64,000 nucleotides of DNA from an uncultured Oscillospiraceae bacterium (GCA_964390145.1 CAYMHB010000002.1:33714-97713), one strand, 5' to 3'. Counted from the first letter of the stretch, positions 15,919-27,395 are shown. Program-made: numbers and translations. The notes: generated by a model not told the origin, from the letters alone.

Positions 15919-18555
15919 TTATATTTGCGACTGAATGATACTGTCTACAAGAGCGAGTGCGTCGTCAATTTTACTTGCATCCTTGCCGCCGCCCTGTGCA
16001 CTGTCGGGCTTACCGCCACCGCTACCGCCTGCTGCTGCTGTGATTTCCTTGATAATCTTTCCGCAATGAACACCCTTTGCAACTGCATCGGTTCCTGCCA
16101 TTGCGATAAATGAAATCTTGCCGTCAGTATTTGCGGCAAATACGCATACGCACATAGGAGTTTTCTCCTTGATTGCGTCGCCAGTCTTTCTGATATTGTC
16201 AACAGTTGAGCCATCCATCTGTGCAACGATAAGGTTAATATCGCCGATGTGCTTTATGCCAGACATAATATCGTTAGCCTTGGCACTTGCCATTTTTGCT
16301 TCAATCTGTTCAAGTTTCTTCTGCTGCTCACGATTTTCGTTTGCAACGGCTTCTGCACGGTGAACAAGCTCGCCCTCAGTTGTTTTAAGAACCGCTGCTG
16401 CGTTTGTGATTATAGCGTTCTTTTCCTCAATATAGCGAAGAACGCCCTCGCCTGTTACAGCCTCGATACGTCTTACACCTGCTGCTACGCCGCCTTCTGA
16501 AATGATCTTGCAAAGGCCTGCCTCGGCAGTATTCTTAAGATGACATCCGCCGCAAAGTTCGATTGAATATCCGCCCATATTTACAACGCGGACTGTATCG
16601 CCGTACTTTTCGCCGAAGAGTGCCATTGCACCCTGTTCTTTTGCTTCGGCAATAGACATATTCTTGATATCAATAGGGTATGCCGCAAGAATTGCCGCAT
16701 TAACCTTGTTTTCAACTTCCTGAAGCTGTTCTTTGGAAACTGCTTCAAAGTGTGAGAAGTCAAAGCGAAGTCTCGATTCGTCAACATAGCTGCCTGCCTG
16801 CTCAATATGGATGCCCAGAACTTCACGAAGCGCCTTCTGAAGAAGGTGTGTTGTTGAATGGTTTCTTGCAGTTGCCAGTCTCTTCTTCATATCGATTGAA
16901 ACAGTTACCTTGTCGCCCTTTGAAGCAGAACCCTCAACAACTTCAACGTGATGAAGAACCTTTCCGTCGCCAAGCTTCTTGGCATCGTAAACCTTCATCT
17001 TGAAGCCATCGCCGCAGATTTCGCCGTTATCGCCCATCTGACCGCCGCTTTCGCCGTAGACAACTGTTTTATCAAGGATGATAACTGCATTTTCTCCGTC
17101 AGAAACGCTGTCTGCAACTTGTCCGTCTTTAACAATAACTGTGATGTTTGCTTCACATTCATTATTATCATAACCGACAAATTCGGTTGTAATATCTTTT
17201 CCGAGTGTCTGGTAAATATCTTCACTCCAAGCCGCTTCATCGCCGACTTTTCTGCCCTCTCTTGAACGCTTTTTCTGCTCAAGGAGAAGTTCGTTAAATG
17301 CTTCGCGATCAACCAAAAGTCCCTTTTCCTGAAGAATTTCTTCTGTGAGGTCAATCGGGAATCCGTATGTGTCATTAAGAGCGAAAGCATCTTCGCCCGA
17401 AAGTGTCTTTTTACCACTCTTTTCAAGTTCAGCAATCTTTTCTTCAAGAATTGAAAGTCCGCGGTCAATTGTCTGTGCAAAGCTTTCTTCTTCTCTCTTG
17501 ATCACTCTCTTAATAAGCTCCTGCTTTTCTTCAAGCTGAGGATATGCACCCTTGGACTCTCTTACAACGGTATCAACGATATCCGAAAGGAATGTTCCCT
17601 TGATACCGAGAAGCTTACCGTGACGAGCCGCACGACGAAGAAGTCTGCGCAGAACGTATCCACGTCCTTCATTAGAGGGAATTACCCCGTCACAGGTCAT
17701 AAATGTTGTACTTCTGATATGGTCTGTGATAACACGCAGAGAAATGTCTGCCTTTTCATTGTCGCCGTAGTTAACCTTCGCAACCTTGCTGATTTCAAGC
17801 ATAATATTGCGGATGGTGTCAACTTCAAAGAGGTTATTTACATCCTGCATAATAACTGCCATTCTTTCAAGACCCATACCAGTATCGATATTGGGTTTTG
17901 CAAGGCGGTTATAAACGCCGTTTTCATCCTTGTCAAACTGAGTAAATACAAGGTTCCAGAATTCTACAAAACGGTCACATTCACAGCCAACTTTACAGTC
18001 GGGTGAGCCACAACCGTACTTTTCGCCGCGGTCGAAATAAAGTTCACTACAAGGTCCGCAGGGGCCCTGACCGATTTCCCAGAAGTTGTCCTCTTTACCC
18101 ATTCTTGTAATGTGAGAGATGTCTACACCAACTTCTTTTGTCCAGATTTCGATAGCCTCATCGTCATCCTCAAAAACTGTAACATAAACTCTGTCTTCAG
18201 GGAGACCAAGTTCCTTTGTAACAAATTCCCATGCCCACGCGGTTGCCTCGTGCTTGAAGTAATCGCCGAACGAGAAGTTACCAAGCATTTCAAAGAATGT
18301 ACCGTGACGCGCAGTTATACCAACACGTTCAATATCGGGTGTACGGATACACTTCTGGCAGGTGGTTACACGGTTGCGGGGAGGAATCTCCTTGCCTGTA
18401 AAGTAAGGCTTGAGAGGTGCCATGCCTGCATTTATAAGAAGCAGACTGTTGTCATTCTGCGGAACGAGCGGGAATGACGGCAGTCTTAAATGTCCTTTAC
18501 TTTCGAAAAATTTTAAGTATCTTTCGCGTATTTCGTTGAGTCCAAGTTTTTCCAT
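15919..18555 (-). CDS. alaS: Alanine--tRNA ligase
   Basis: 878 aa. Class II AlaRS core, HSTTHLL editing-domain zinc motif and a C-terminal DHHA1-type GGGG(K) motif. AAGGAG lies 8 nt before the ATG at 18555. Confidence 0.97.
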   Translation of the reverse strand: MEKLGLNEIRERYLKFFESKGHLRLPSFPLVPQNDNSLLLINAGMAPLKPYFTGKEIPPRNRVTTCQKCIRTPDIERVGITARHGTFFEMLGNFSFGDYFKHEATAWAWEFVTKELGLPEDRVYVTVFEDDDEAIEIWTKEVGVDISHITRMGKEDNFWEIGQGPCGPCSELYFDRGEKYGCGSPDCKVGCECDRFVEFWNLVFTQFDKDENGVYNRLAKPNIDTGMGLERMAVIMQDVNNLFEVDTIRNIMLEISKVAKVNYGDNEKADISLRVITDHIRSTTFMTCDGVIPSNEGRGYVLRRLLRRAARHGKLLGIKGTFLSDIVDTVVRESKGAYPQLEEKQELIKRVIKREEESFAQTIDRGLSILEEKIAELEKSGKKTLSGEDAFALNDTYGFPIDLTEEILQEKGLLVDREAFNELLLEQKKRSREGRKVGDEAAWSEDIYQTLGKDITTEFVGYDNNECEANITVIVKDGQVADSVSDGENAVIILDKTVVYGESGGQMGDNGEICGDGFKMKVYDAKKLGDGKVLHHVEVVEGSASKGDKVTVSIDMKKRLATARNHSTTHLLQKALREVLGIHIEQAGSYVDESRLRFDFSHFEAVSKEQLQEVENKVNAAILAAYPIDIKNMSIAEAKEQGAMALFGEKYGDTVRVVNMGGYSIELCGGCHLKNTAEAGLCKIISEGGVAAGVRRIEAVTGEGVLRYIEEKNAIITNAAAVLKTTEGELVHRAEAVANENREQQKKLEQIEAKMASAKANDIMSGIKHIGDINLIVAQMDGSTVDNIRKTGDAIKEKTPMCVCVFAANTDGKISFIAMAGTDAVAKGVHCGKIIKEITAAAGGSGGGKPDSAQGGGKDASKIDDALALVDSIIQSQI

Positions 18556-18580
18556 TATGAACACTCCTTTACAAAGTTAT

Positions 18581-18609
18581 ATTATACCTTTTTTAATGGG
18601 TATTGTCAA
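18581..18609 (-). promoter_or_regulatory. Sigma-A promoter for alaS
   Basis: On the minus strand: TTGACA, 17-bp spacer, TATAAT. Confidence 0.55.
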
Positions 18610-18729
18610 CAAATTTAGGTGCGTTTTTCAGGGTCTGCGTCAATTTATGGCAAGAACAAAAAAAGGGGTAGATTTTTCCTACTATATATGGTATAATATA
18701 CGCAGTATTATATAATGGAGGGACTGTGT

Positions 18730-19563
18730 ATGTCAGTTTTTAGGGCATTTATACTTGGTCTTATTCAGGGAATAAGCGAATTTTTACCGATTTCTTCATC
18801 GGGACACCTTTCCATCGCAGGAAAAATTATGGGAATGGACCCCGAGGGAGACAACCTTTTGTCGTTTAATATACTTCTTCATGTAGCAACACTTGTGGCG
18901 GTATTTATCGTTTACAAGAACGATATATGGGAAATGATCAAGGCATTTTTCGCTATGATTGGTGATGTGTGCAAGGGCAAGGGATTACGCCTTCGTGAGT
19001 TTTTATACCGCAGGCTTATCGTAATGCTCGTTGTGGCAACACTTCCTGCCGTTGTTGCGGCACTTTTCCTTGGCGATATCATTGAGAATCCCGCCCTTTG
19101 GCAGATTGGTATTTTCCTTATCATTACTGCAATACTCCTTTTCCTCAGCGAAAAGCTTGCAGGCGGACAAATAAATCTTGAAAATATGTCTGTAAAGCGT
19201 GCCTTTTGCGTTGGATGTTTTCAGGGTCTTGGCACACTTCCCGGTATCAGTCGCAGCGGCAGCACAATCGTAGGCGGACTGTTCTCGGGGCTTGATAAAG
19301 CTACTGCAGTAAGATTTTCGTTCCTTATGTCAATTCCTGCAATATTGGGTGCACTGGTGCTTGATATCAAAGATATGTTCGATGCTACATCGCAGACGCT
19401 TTCCTTTATGCCCGTTGCAGTTGGTATGATTACCGCCGGCGTAAGTGGATACCTTTCAATAAAGTTCCTTCTTAAAATAGTTCAGAAAAGTAAACTAAGC
19501 TATTTTTCAATCTATTGCGTATTAGCAGGTGTTTTTGCAATAATACTTAATTTCACTATCTAA
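18730..19563 (+). CDS. uppP: Undecaprenyl-diphosphate phosphatase (BacA)
   Basis: Contains [17 protein letters not shown] and [10 protein letters not shown] motifs. Polytopic membrane protein. Confidence 0.93.
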   Translation: MSVFRAFILGLIQGISEFLPISSSGHLSIAGKIMGMDPEGDNLLSFNILLHVATLVAVFIVYKNDIWEMIKAFFAMIGDVCKGKGLRLREFLYRRLIVMLVVATLPAVVAALFLGDIIENPALWQIGIFLIITAILLFLSEKLAGGQINLENMSVKRAFCVGCFQGLGTLPGISRSGSTIVGGLFSGLDKATAVRFSFLMSIPAILGALVLDIKDMFDATSQTLSFMPVAVGMITAGVSGYLSIKFLLKIVQKSKLSYFSIYCVLAGVFAIILNFTI

Positions 19564-19567
19564 AAGG

Positions 19568-22048
19568 GTGCAAAAGAAAATGACAAAAACTACAAAAAAG
19601 AAAACTACAAAGTCAAAAAAGAATACCTCCCCTTCCGGAAAGAAATTGACATCCAGAGAGACATTGCCGTCATCTTCACGTTCTACGACAAAGTCTTCTG
19701 CGTCAAAGTATCCTGCAAAGGAACTTCGACTGATTTGCCTTGTTGCATCAGCGATTATTTTAATTCTTTCTTATTATTTCAATGCGTTTGGTTTGATAGG
19801 AAGACTATTAAAAGGCATCGGCAGAACACTTCTTGGAAGTATGTGCTTTGCAATACCAATAATTTTTTCCGCTGCGACGATTCATATTTTCGTCAAGGGG
19901 AAAATTTTCCCGTACAGGTACCGCTATATATTTGCCTGTCTCTCGGTAATGTCCGTTGCGGCACTTCATACACTTTATTTTGCCTCTGCTGCGAAACCGA
20001 CTTTTTTTACAGGCAGTAGTGCCAAAACAATCATTACTATAATTCATGACAGCAACAATTCCTATTCATCCGGCGGTTTTGTCGGTGCGCTTATGGCATT
20101 GCCTTTAAAGGCCCTTGTAGATACTGCAGGCGCATATATAATTTTGTTGACATTGGCGCTTGCTTCGTTTGTAATTGCAACCGGAAAACAGCCGTTTGTA
20201 AAATTGGCCAAACTTGTTTCAACTATGCTCGCTGACCGCTTCAACAAGGAAGATGACGAAGATGAGTCTTCTTCAGAAGAAATTAAAATCAGCGGTGTAG
20301 ATGAGCCCGAAAAGGAAAGAAAGAAGAGAAGCAAAATCGAGAAACTTTCGGAGGCAGACAAAGGAAAGAATAAAAAGAAGAAAAAAGAAGAAGACGAAGA
20401 TGTTTCGGCCACTCCTTCCCCGTCAGAATTCAAGATCAATCTTTACAGCGACAAGAAGGACGATGCCGCCAAAGCAAAAAAAGTTGAAATTCCTGAAGAT
20501 ATAAAGAAAATGGCAATGGAAGAATCGGGCGGTATCGAGGAAGGAAAAGTTGACACAACACCCATTGAAGTTACCGAAGAAGAAATTGAAACCGATTATA
20601 TAGAATACACCTTCCCGCCTATTAACCTTTTGATGAAGGCGAAAGCCCCCTCTGGAGGACAGGACAGACCCGAAGACCTCCGCACACAGGCAAAAAAGCT
20701 TGTTGACACGCTCGCAAGTTTCGGCGTTGAGGCGAAGGTGCTTGAAGTAAGCAAGGGTCCGAGCGTAACAAGATTTGAGCTTCAGCCTTCGGCAGGCGTA
20801 AAGGTAAGTAAAATTGTAAATCTCGCCGATGATATTGCGCTTAACCTTGCGGCGTTTGGCGTACGAATTGAAGCTCCTATTCCCGGGAAAGCGGCAGTCG
20901 GAATTGAAATCCCCAACAAGACTACATCTATGGTGCCTCTGCGTGATGTCATCGACTGTGATGAGTTCAGAAAGTTCGGTTCTAAAACTGCTTTTGCTAT
21001 GGGTAAGGATATTTCAGGACAACCTATTGTAAGCGATATTTCAAAAATGCCTCATATGCTGATTGCCGGTGCTACGGGTAGCGGTAAGAGTGTATGTATA
21101 AACACGCTTATCACAAGTATTCTCTACAAGGCAGACCCCAACGAAGTTAAACTTATATTGATTGACCCCAAGGTTGTTGAGCTTGGCGTGTACAACGGTA
21201 TCCCCCACCTTCTTATCCCCGTCGTGACAGACCCGAGACGCGCCGCAGGAGCGCTTAATTGGGCAGTTCAGGAAATGGTTAAGCGTTACAGTATGTTCGC
21301 AACTGCAAATGTGCGTGATATCAAGGGATACAACGAGTACGCGGCGCTCAGCGGAGACAGACAGCTTGAACAGATTATAATTGTAATTGACGAGCTTGCT
21401 GACCTTATGATGGTTTCTCCGCACGAGGTTGAAGATTCCATCTGCCGTCTTGCACAGATGGCGAGAGCGGCGGGTATGCACCTTGTAATTGCAACACAGC
21501 GCCCGAGCGTTGATGTAATCACAGGTCTTATCAAAGCTAATGTCCCCAGCCGAATCGCATTCAGTGTTTCAAGTCAGATTGACAGCCGTACTATCCTTGA
21601 TATGGGTGGTGCAGAAAAGCTTCTTGGCAAGGGCGACATGCTGTTCCTTCCCATGGGTGCAAGCAAGCCCAAGAGACTTCAGGGTGCGTTTGTGTCGGAT
21701 AAGGAAATTGAAAAAATCGTTGAATTTATCAAGTCGGACTCATCGGCACATTATAACGAAGATATAATTGAGCATATTGAAAACGGCGTGGATGACCATT
21801 CAGGCAATGACGATTCTGAGGCGGACGATCTTCTTCCGCAGGCAATCGGTATCGTGGTTGAGCTTGGTCAGGCGAGTGCTTCTCTTCTTCAGAGAAAGTT
21901 AAAAGTTGGCTACTCCCGTGCAGGCAGACTTATCGACCAACTTGAAGAACGCGGCATCATTGGGCCGCACGAAGGCAGCAAGCCACGTAAGGTTTTAATC
22001 AGCAGAACTGAGTATCAGGAAATGATGCTTAACAATATGGAAGATTAA
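19568..22048 (+). CDS. ftsK: DNA translocase FtsK/SpoIIIE
   Basis: Basic, TM-rich N-terminus, an acidic/lysine linker, Walker A GATGSGKS, and a C-terminal winged-helix gamma domain. The exact start is uncertain (GTG 19568 or ATG 19580). Confidence 0.92.
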   Translation: MQKKMTKTTKKKTTKSKKNTSPSGKKLTSRETLPSSSRSTTKSSASKYPAKELRLICLVASAIILILSYYFNAFGLIGRLLKGIGRTLLGSMCFAIPIIFSAATIHIFVKGKIFPYRYRYIFACLSVMSVAALHTLYFASAAKPTFFTGSSAKTIITIIHDSNNSYSSGGFVGALMALPLKALVDTAGAYIILLTLALASFVIATGKQPFVKLAKLVSTMLADRFNKEDDEDESSSEEIKISGVDEPEKERKKRSKIEKLSEADKGKNKKKKKEEDEDVSATPSPSEFKINLYSDKKDDAAKAKKVEIPEDIKKMAMEESGGIEEGKVDTTPIEVTEEEIETDYIEYTFPPINLLMKAKAPSGGQDRPEDLRTQAKKLVDTLASFGVEAKVLEVSKGPSVTRFELQPSAGVKVSKIVNLADDIALNLAAFGVRIEAPIPGKAAVGIEIPNKTTSMVPLRDVIDCDEFRKFGSKTAFAMGKDISGQPIVSDISKMPHMLIAGATGSGKSVCINTLITSILYKADPNEVKLILIDPKVVELGVYNGIPHLLIPVVTDPRRAAGALNWAVQEMVKRYSMFATANVRDIKGYNEYAALSGDRQLEQIIIVIDELADLMMVSPHEVEDSICRLAQMARAAGMHLVIATQRPSVDVITGLIKANVPSRIAFSVSSQIDSRTILDMGGAEKLLGKGDMLFLPMGASKPKRLQGAFVSDKEIEKIVEFIKSDSSAHYNEDIIEHIENGVDDHSGNDDSEADDLLPQAIGIVVELGQASASLLQRKLKVGYSRAGRLIDQLEERGIIGPHEGSKPRKVLISRTEYQEMMLNNMED

Positions 22049-22133
22049 CAGTAATTTCCTCGTTTTTGGTAAAAATATACAAAAAAAGTGCAGAAAATTG
22101 TCTCCAGTTGTGCAATTTACTGCACTTTTTCCC

Positions 22134-22162
22134 TTGACAACGATATTTTTGAATGTTATAGT
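22134..22162 (+). promoter_or_regulatory. Sigma-A type promoter upstream of sigH
   Basis: TTGACA, 17-bp spacer, TATAGT. Confidence 0.5.
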
Positions 22163-22188
22163 TAATTATATATAGTGGGGTGAGTTAT

Positions 22189-22815
22189 ATGGATAACACA
22201 TCAGAAAAAAGCTTCGCCTCATTTTGCGATGAAGATTTAGTGCTCCTTGCACAGCAGGGTAATGATCGGGCACTTGACCACTTGCTTGGAAAGTATTTTG
22301 TTCATGTGCGTAACAAATCACTTTCGTATTTTATCGCAGGCGCTGATAGAGATGACATAATTCAGGAGGGTATGATTGGTCTGTTCAAGGCGGTCAGAGA
22401 CTTCAGCAGTGAGCGCGGTGTGACTTTCAAAACATTTGCGGATGTTTGTGTTACGAGGCAAATTCTCACGGCTGTAAAAAATGCCAGCAGACAAAAGCAT
22501 GCGCCTCTTAATTTTTACATTTCGCTAAACAAATCCGTTACTGACGGTGACGATGATTCTACATTGGCTGATATATTGGGGCATTCCAAAAGTACAAATC
22601 CTGAAGATATACTGCTTGAAAAAGAAAAAGCAGATACATTGGGAACAGAAATGCACAGACTCCTGTCCGAGTTTGAACTGCGCGTATTGTCCCTTTATTT
22701 ACAGGGTAAAAGTTACGCAGACATCGGATGCGAGATTGGAAAATCGCCCAAGTCAGTCGATAACGCATTGCAACGAATAAAAAAGAAATTTGAGAAGATT
22801 TCTTCTGACAATTAG
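22189..22815 (+). CDS. sigH: Sporulation-initiation sigma factor SigH
   Basis: Close match to B. subtilis SigH blocks: ADRDDIIQEGMIGLFKA, RQKHAPLN and KSVDNALQRIKKK. Confidence 0.88.
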   Translation: MDNTSEKSFASFCDEDLVLLAQQGNDRALDHLLGKYFVHVRNKSLSYFIAGADRDDIIQEGMIGLFKAVRDFSSERGVTFKTFADVCVTRQILTAVKNASRQKHAPLNFYISLNKSVTDGDDDSTLADILGHSKSTNPEDILLEKEKADTLGTEMHRLLSEFELRVLSLYLQGKSYADIGCEIGKSPKSVDNALQRIKKKFEKISSDN

Positions 22816-22904
22816 TTGCATATTAAATTGCTATATGCCTCAAGCGGCGTGGTAACCGCAAAGGGTAAAAAATATTTTTATAGGTAAAGGTAAGGAGATT
22901 AGAA

Positions 22905-23174
22905 ATGTACGAAGACAAGACTTTAGTCTGCAAAGATTGCGGACAGGAATTCGTGTTCACAGCTGGCGAACAGGAATTCTATGCAGAGAAAGGCTTCCAG
23001 AACGAACCCCAGAGATGTAAGGATTGCCGTGCTGCAAAAAAAGCATCACTCAGAGAAAACAGAGAAATGTATACTGCTGTTTGCGCTGAATGTGGTGGCG
23101 AAGCAAAGGTTCCCTTTGTTCCGAAGGATGACAGACCTGTTTACTGCAGCGAGTGCTTTGCAAAGAACAAATAA
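22905..23174 (+). CDS. Small zinc-ribbon protein (four CxxC pairs)
   Basis: 89 aa with CKDCG, CKDCR, CAECG and CSEC, preceded by a strong RBS AAGGAGA. Confidence 0.7.
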   Translation: MYEDKTLVCKDCGQEFVFTAGEQEFYAEKGFQNEPQRCKDCRAAKKASLRENREMYTAVCAECGGEAKVPFVPKDDRPVYCSECFAKNK

Positions 23175-23203
23175 TCTCCTTATTAACCAGAGAAGATTAT
23201 AAC

Positions 23204-23240
23204 AAAAAAAGGTGATAGCTTTAAGCTATCACCTTTTTTG
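23204..23240. terminator. Bidirectional rho-independent terminator
   Basis: An A-run, then the AGGTGATAGCT/AGCTATCACCT stem, then a T-run. It lies between convergent genes. Confidence 0.75.
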
Positions 23241-23261
23241 AGTTTTGTATTCAATGTCTCT

Positions 23262-25097
23262 TTATTTATGATGTAACATTCGCATAGAATTAAGTACGGC
23301 AAGTATCATTACTCCGACATCGGCAAATATAGCCGCGTACATATTGTCAAAGCCTAATGTACTCATTATCATTACACCAAACTTTATCACAAGTGACATT
23401 ACAATATTCTGCCTTACAATTCTCATTGTTTTCTTTGCGATTTTAATGCTCTCCCCTACTGCTGTGAGTGAGTCATTCATAATGACCACATCTGCCGCCT
23501 CAATTGCGGCATCACTGCCGAGAGCACCCATGGCAATACCTACATCAACACTTGAAAGCACGGGGGCATCGTTTATTCCGTCACCCGCAAAGGCAAGTTT
23601 TCCCTCCTCCTTCTCTTTGAGAGAAAGGGCAAGTTCAACTTTGTCTGCCGGAAGAAGAGATGCGTGAATTTCGTCAATTAAAAGCGCCTGACCGATACGC
23701 ACAGCAACAAGAGGATTGTCACCGGTCAGCATTATAGTCTTTTTAATACCGCTTTTCCTAAGTTCTTCAATCGCTTCTTTTGAGTCTTCTTTGACCTCGT
23801 CAGAAAGAACAATTGCGCCCAGATACTTTTTGTCATAGGCAATATGAACAACAGTTCCTTCTTCCTTAATGTCTTTTACATCTATATTATTTTCACGGAG
23901 AAGCTCTATGCTTCCCGCAAGAGTTTCCTTCGAGTCTAAGTTAGCCTTTATACCGCGTCCTGCAACATTTACAAGGTCTGTTACGCGAGCCTTGTCGGTT
24001 TCTTTTCCGTATGCCTTCACTATTGAAAGTGCTATGGGATGAGATGAAAAACTCTCAAGATGTGCGGCAATTTCCATAAGTTCTTCTTCGCTGCAATCCA
24101 CCAAAACAGTCTTTGTCACGAAGAATCCGCCACGGGTAAGTGTACCCGTTTTGTCAAAAGCAATCTGCGTAACCTTAGAAAGCATTTCAAGATGGCTTGA
24201 ACCTTTTATAAGTATGCCCTTCTTCGATGCTGCTCCTATACCGCTGAAGAATGAAAGCGGTACAGATATAACAAGTGCGCAGGGGCACGATACAACAAGA
24301 AATACGAGCGCACGTCTTATCCATACTGAAAGCGGCTCGCCAAATGCAAGCGGCGGCAAAAATGCCGTAATTATTGCCGCAAGCAAAACAAGGGGCGTAT
24401 ATCTGCGCGAAAATCTTGTGATGAATTGTTCCGACTGAGACTTATGTGCGGCAGAATTTTCTACAAGGTGCAAAATTTTTGCGACTGTGCTTTCTGCATA
24501 AACACCGCTGACACGGATTTTTACGGGGCTGTCAAGGTTTATAGTACCACTTGCCACCTTGTCCCCCTCACGAAGAACAATAGGCAAACTCTCACCTGTA
24601 AGCGACGAGGAGTCAAAACTTGAAAATCCTTCTTCTATAACACCGTCAAGCGCAACTTTTTCGCCCGGAAGGACAAGAATAAGTTCGTCCTTCTCCACCA
24701 TTTCGGGAGCAACCTTTATTTCCTGCCCGTCGCGTAAAACCGTGGCAGATTCGGGTTTTATTTTCATAAGCTCCTTTATGGATTTGCGGCTTTTCCCAAC
24801 AGCAATACCCTGAAAAAGTTCTCCCGTCTGGTAGAGAATCATTACCATTGCCGCCTCGGAAAATTCCTGCATTGCGACAGCGCCTGCCGTTGCAAGAGTC
24901 ATCAGAAACTCTTCGTCAAAAAAACTACCGCGAAAAATTTTCCTTACAGCTGACAGTAAAACATCATAGCCAACTATCAGATATGCTAAAAGTTGCAACG
25001 CAATTTTTACAGTTGTATGAGGAATGACTGCACCCGTTACAAACACAACGAATGCAGTTATAATCCTTTTTAGATTTCGTTTCTGGCGTTTAGTCAT
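23262..25097 (-). CDS. Heavy-metal translocating P1B-type ATPase (Cd/Zn/Co type)
   Basis: CPCALVISVP, DKTGTLT and GDGINDAP motifs, with no fused HMA domain. Start taken at the ATG at 25097, with GAGG upstream. Confidence 0.9.
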   Translation of the reverse strand: MTKRQKRNLKRIITAFVVFVTGAVIPHTTVKIALQLLAYLIVGYDVLLSAVRKIFRGSFFDEEFLMTLATAGAVAMQEFSEAAMVMILYQTGELFQGIAVGKSRKSIKELMKIKPESATVLRDGQEIKVAPEMVEKDELILVLPGEKVALDGVIEEGFSSFDSSSLTGESLPIVLREGDKVASGTINLDSPVKIRVSGVYAESTVAKILHLVENSAAHKSQSEQFITRFSRRYTPLVLLAAIITAFLPPLAFGEPLSVWIRRALVFLVVSCPCALVISVPLSFFSGIGAASKKGILIKGSSHLEMLSKVTQIAFDKTGTLTRGGFFVTKTVLVDCSEEELMEIAAHLESFSSHPIALSIVKAYGKETDKARVTDLVNVAGRGIKANLDSKETLAGSIELLRENNIDVKDIKEEGTVVHIAYDKKYLGAIVLSDEVKEDSKEAIEELRKSGIKKTIMLTGDNPLVAVRIGQALLIDEIHASLLPADKVELALSLKEKEEGKLAFAGDGINDAPVLSSVDVGIAMGALGSDAAIEAADVVIMNDSLTAVGESIKIAKKTMRIVRQNIVMSLVIKFGVMIMSTLGFDNMYAAIFADVGVMILAVLNSMRMLHHK

Positions 25098-25098
25098 A

Positions 25099-25320
25099 TT
25101 ATACCTCGCTGATTTCAAAATCTTTTTCTGTTTTTCTTCCTGCTTTTACGATTTCTTTTTCAAGACGGGCGAAATCGCCCTCTTCTGCTTCAACGGTAAG
25201 AGTCTGCATAATAAAATTGAGCTGCGCACTCTTCACACCGTCAATTTTTTTAATTGCATCTTCGATTTTTCCTGCACACACTGCGCAATCAATTTCAGAT
25301 ACTTCATACTTCTTAATCAT
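25099..25320 (-). CDS. Stand-alone heavy-metal-associated (HMA) domain protein
   Basis: 73 aa with DCAVCAGKIE and a ferredoxin-like HMA pattern. Wedged between the regulator and the ATPase. Confidence 0.8.
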   Translation of the reverse strand: MIKKYEVSEIDCAVCAGKIEDAIKKIDGVKSAQLNFIMQTLTVEAEEGDFARLEKEIVKAGRKTEKDFEISEV

Positions 25321-25321
25321 A

Positions 25322-25669
25322 CTAATCAACAATCCTTTCTTCTATGAGATGGTCAAATCCTTGTGCTATAATGCTTCTTACATGGTCGTCGGCGAGGAAA
25401 TAGTAAACCGTCTTCCCTTCTCGGCGGCAATCTACAAGTTTATTTATTTTCAGTACTTTAAGTTGATGAGATATTGCACTCTGTGCCATACCAAGAAGTT
25501 CGGCAATCGCACAGACGCACAGTTCTGATTCAAAAAGCGAGAAAAGTATTTTCATCCTTGTAGTATCACCGAATATTTTAAACAGGTCCGAAAGGTCACA
25601 CAACAATTCATCTGTCGGCATCTCATCACGGACTATTTTCAAAATGTCGTCGTGATTATGCTTGCGCAT
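25322..25669 (-). CDS. ArsR/SmtB-family metalloregulator (CadC-like)
   Basis: ELCVCAIAELLGMAQSAISHQLKVLK helix-turn-helix with a metal-binding CVC. Confidence 0.88.
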   Translation of the reverse strand: MRKHNHDDILKIVRDEMPTDELLCDLSDLFKIFGDTTRMKILFSLFESELCVCAIAELLGMAQSAISHQLKVLKINKLVDCRREGKTVYYFLADDHVRSIIAQGFDHLIEERIVD

Positions 25670-25701
25670 TATATGCACCCCCATTCATATGTATGTGTAT
25701 T

Positions 25702-25717
25702 CATATGTTAACATATG
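25702..25717. promoter_or_regulatory. Candidate ArsR-type operator
   Basis: Perfect 16-bp palindrome CATATGTTAACATATG just upstream of the arsR-like gene. An additional TTCATATG half-site is adjacent. Confidence 0.4.
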
Positions 25718-25765
25718 CTCGCGTTTTTGTCAACAAAAAAAACAGAAGATAACTCAAAAAATTTG

Positions 25766-26569
25766 TTATCTTCTGCCTGAATTAGCATAAATATAAAATA
25801 AACCAAGTCCTGTAACAACTATTCCTATTGCTGCAAACACGATACTTCCGCTTATTGCGAGGTTTCGCAGCATCAAAGCCGAAGTAAAGTTGAAAACTCC
25901 GTGGCAAACTGCCGCGGCAAAAATATTTTTCGTCCTGTGATAAATTATTCCAAGGAATATTCCTATGAAGGCGGTAAAAATGCTCTGGAAAAGAAGCCCA
26001 TGCGATACACCGAATATTATAGCCTGAAGCAAAATCGCTGCCCACGGGCGCATAATTTTTTTAAGTTCACCCATAATGAGACCGCGGAACAAAAATTCTT
26101 CAAATAGCGGCGCTACAATCAAAACACTGAAAAACGCTATGGCAAAGTCCATTCTTGTAGAAAGACGCGGAGCAACCACTGCCGATTCTATTATGGATTT
26201 TTCAAACACTTCCACGTTTTGAATCAAATAGTAGTACACTGCCACGATAAGTCTGGTTCCCAATGCCACAACTGCTGACATTAAAAAAATCATCAGCGGA
26301 ACTTTCCTTGTATGAATGTATTCCGAAATATCTTTTTTTCTGAATTTACATATCAGAAGATATACCCATATGGAAACGAGAGAAATTATAACTGAAAGTG
26401 CAAATGTGTTATCATTTGCACTTTTCTCAATTTCAGTCGCCGAAAGTTTGCCACCCATTTTAAGCCATTGAGTGTATATGAGATAGATGACAAAACCTAC
26501 AATCGGATATAACACAGCATATGTAAGCGCAAAAAATAGACCTTTAATTCTGCTTATTGCCCTTTTCAA
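25766..26569 (-). CDS. CPBP-family intramembrane glutamic endopeptidase (CAAX protease-like)
   Basis: EEFLFRG, FGVSH and HGVFN motifs in a polytopic membrane protein. Confidence 0.85.
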   Translation of the reverse strand: MKRAISRIKGLFFALTYAVLYPIVGFVIYLIYTQWLKMGGKLSATEIEKSANDNTFALSVIISLVSIWVYLLICKFRKKDISEYIHTRKVPLMIFLMSAVVALGTRLIVAVYYYLIQNVEVFEKSIIESAVVAPRLSTRMDFAIAFFSVLIVAPLFEEFLFRGLIMGELKKIMRPWAAILLQAIIFGVSHGLLFQSIFTAFIGIFLGIIYHRTKNIFAAAVCHGVFNFTSALMLRNLAISGSIVFAAIGIVVTGLGLFYIYANSGRR

Positions 26570-27377
26570 CTGAGTTCTCCTCTTTCAAAACCGATATTAT
26601 AATTTTCTTGGGACATTTTTCTGCGCAAATACCGCAAGAAGTACACTTTTCGTAGTCAATCACTGCGTGATTATTTACCACGGTTATTGCACCTGCTTCG
26701 CAGTTCTTTTCGCAAATCTTACAGCCGATACATCCAACGGAGCACTTTTCCTTCATCTGTGCACCCTTGTCGCATGACTGACATTTTACAACATATTTTG
26801 TTTTTCTGGGCACAAGTTCGATAAGCTTTTTAGGACATACTGCTACGCATTCCCCACAGCCGCCACACTTGTCAGTATCAATAACTGCAATACCGTCAAC
26901 GATTGAAATAGCACCGCGTGAGCAAACCGTTATACAGCTGCCAAAGCCAAGGCAACCATAGTCACATGATTTCTGGCCGGCCCCCTGAAGTGTAGCGATT
27001 GCACCGCAATCCTTGATGCCTGTATAATCAAACTTATCTGTTGCAACATCCTTTGTTCCATGGCAACGAACAACGGCGATTTTTTCTTCAACCGCTTCGC
27101 TCTCTACGCCCAAGATTTCAGCGATAGCGTCTGCAACATTCTGTCCGCCGGGGCTGCAAGCATTGATTTTTGCGCCTTCCTTTGAGATTGCGCTGGCATA
27201 TGCGCTACAACCTGCAAAACCGCAGCTACCGCAGTTTGCACCGGGAAGAACCTCTGTAATAGCTTCCGCTGTTTCGTCTTTTTCAACGGCAAATATTTTT
27301 GACGCAATTGCAAGAAGTGCTCCAAGGACAAGTCCTAATGCGCCCATTGAGAGCACAGGATAAATTATATCTTTCAT
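26544..27377 (-). CDS. rnfB: Rnf complex subunit B (polyferredoxin)
   Basis: N-terminal TM helix, a CGSCGFAGC cluster, and several CxxCxxCxxxCP 4Fe-4S motifs. Confidence 0.9.
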   Translation of the reverse strand: MKDIIYPVLSMGALGLVLGALLAIASKIFAVEKDETAEAITEVLPGANCGSCGFAGCSAYASAISKEGAKINACSPGGQNVADAIAEILGVESEAVEEKIAVVRCHGTKDVATDKFDYTGIKDCGAIATLQGAGQKSCDYGCLGFGSCITVCSRGAISIVDGIAVIDTDKCGGCGECVAVCPKKLIELVPRKTKYVVKCQSCDKGAQMKEKCSVGCIGCKICEKNCEAGAITVVNNHAVIDYEKCTSCGICAEKCPKKIIISVLKEENSVEKGNKQN

Positions 27378-27395
27378 AGTTTACTCAATCCTTTC

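Noticed and set aside
19568-22180. dif/XerCD recombination site or mobile element near ftsK.
   Set aside because: No 28-bp dif-like palindrome, recombinase or transposase was seen. The flanking spacers contain only a terminator-like hairpin and a promoter.
23262-25765. Metal-resistance operon (ArsR regulator, separate HMA protein, ATPase lacking a fused HMA domain) as a mobile resistance island.
   Set aside because: There are no flanking repeats, recombinases or compositional break. This split arrangement with a palindromic operator is a common chromosomal layout, so it is recorded as ordinary features only.
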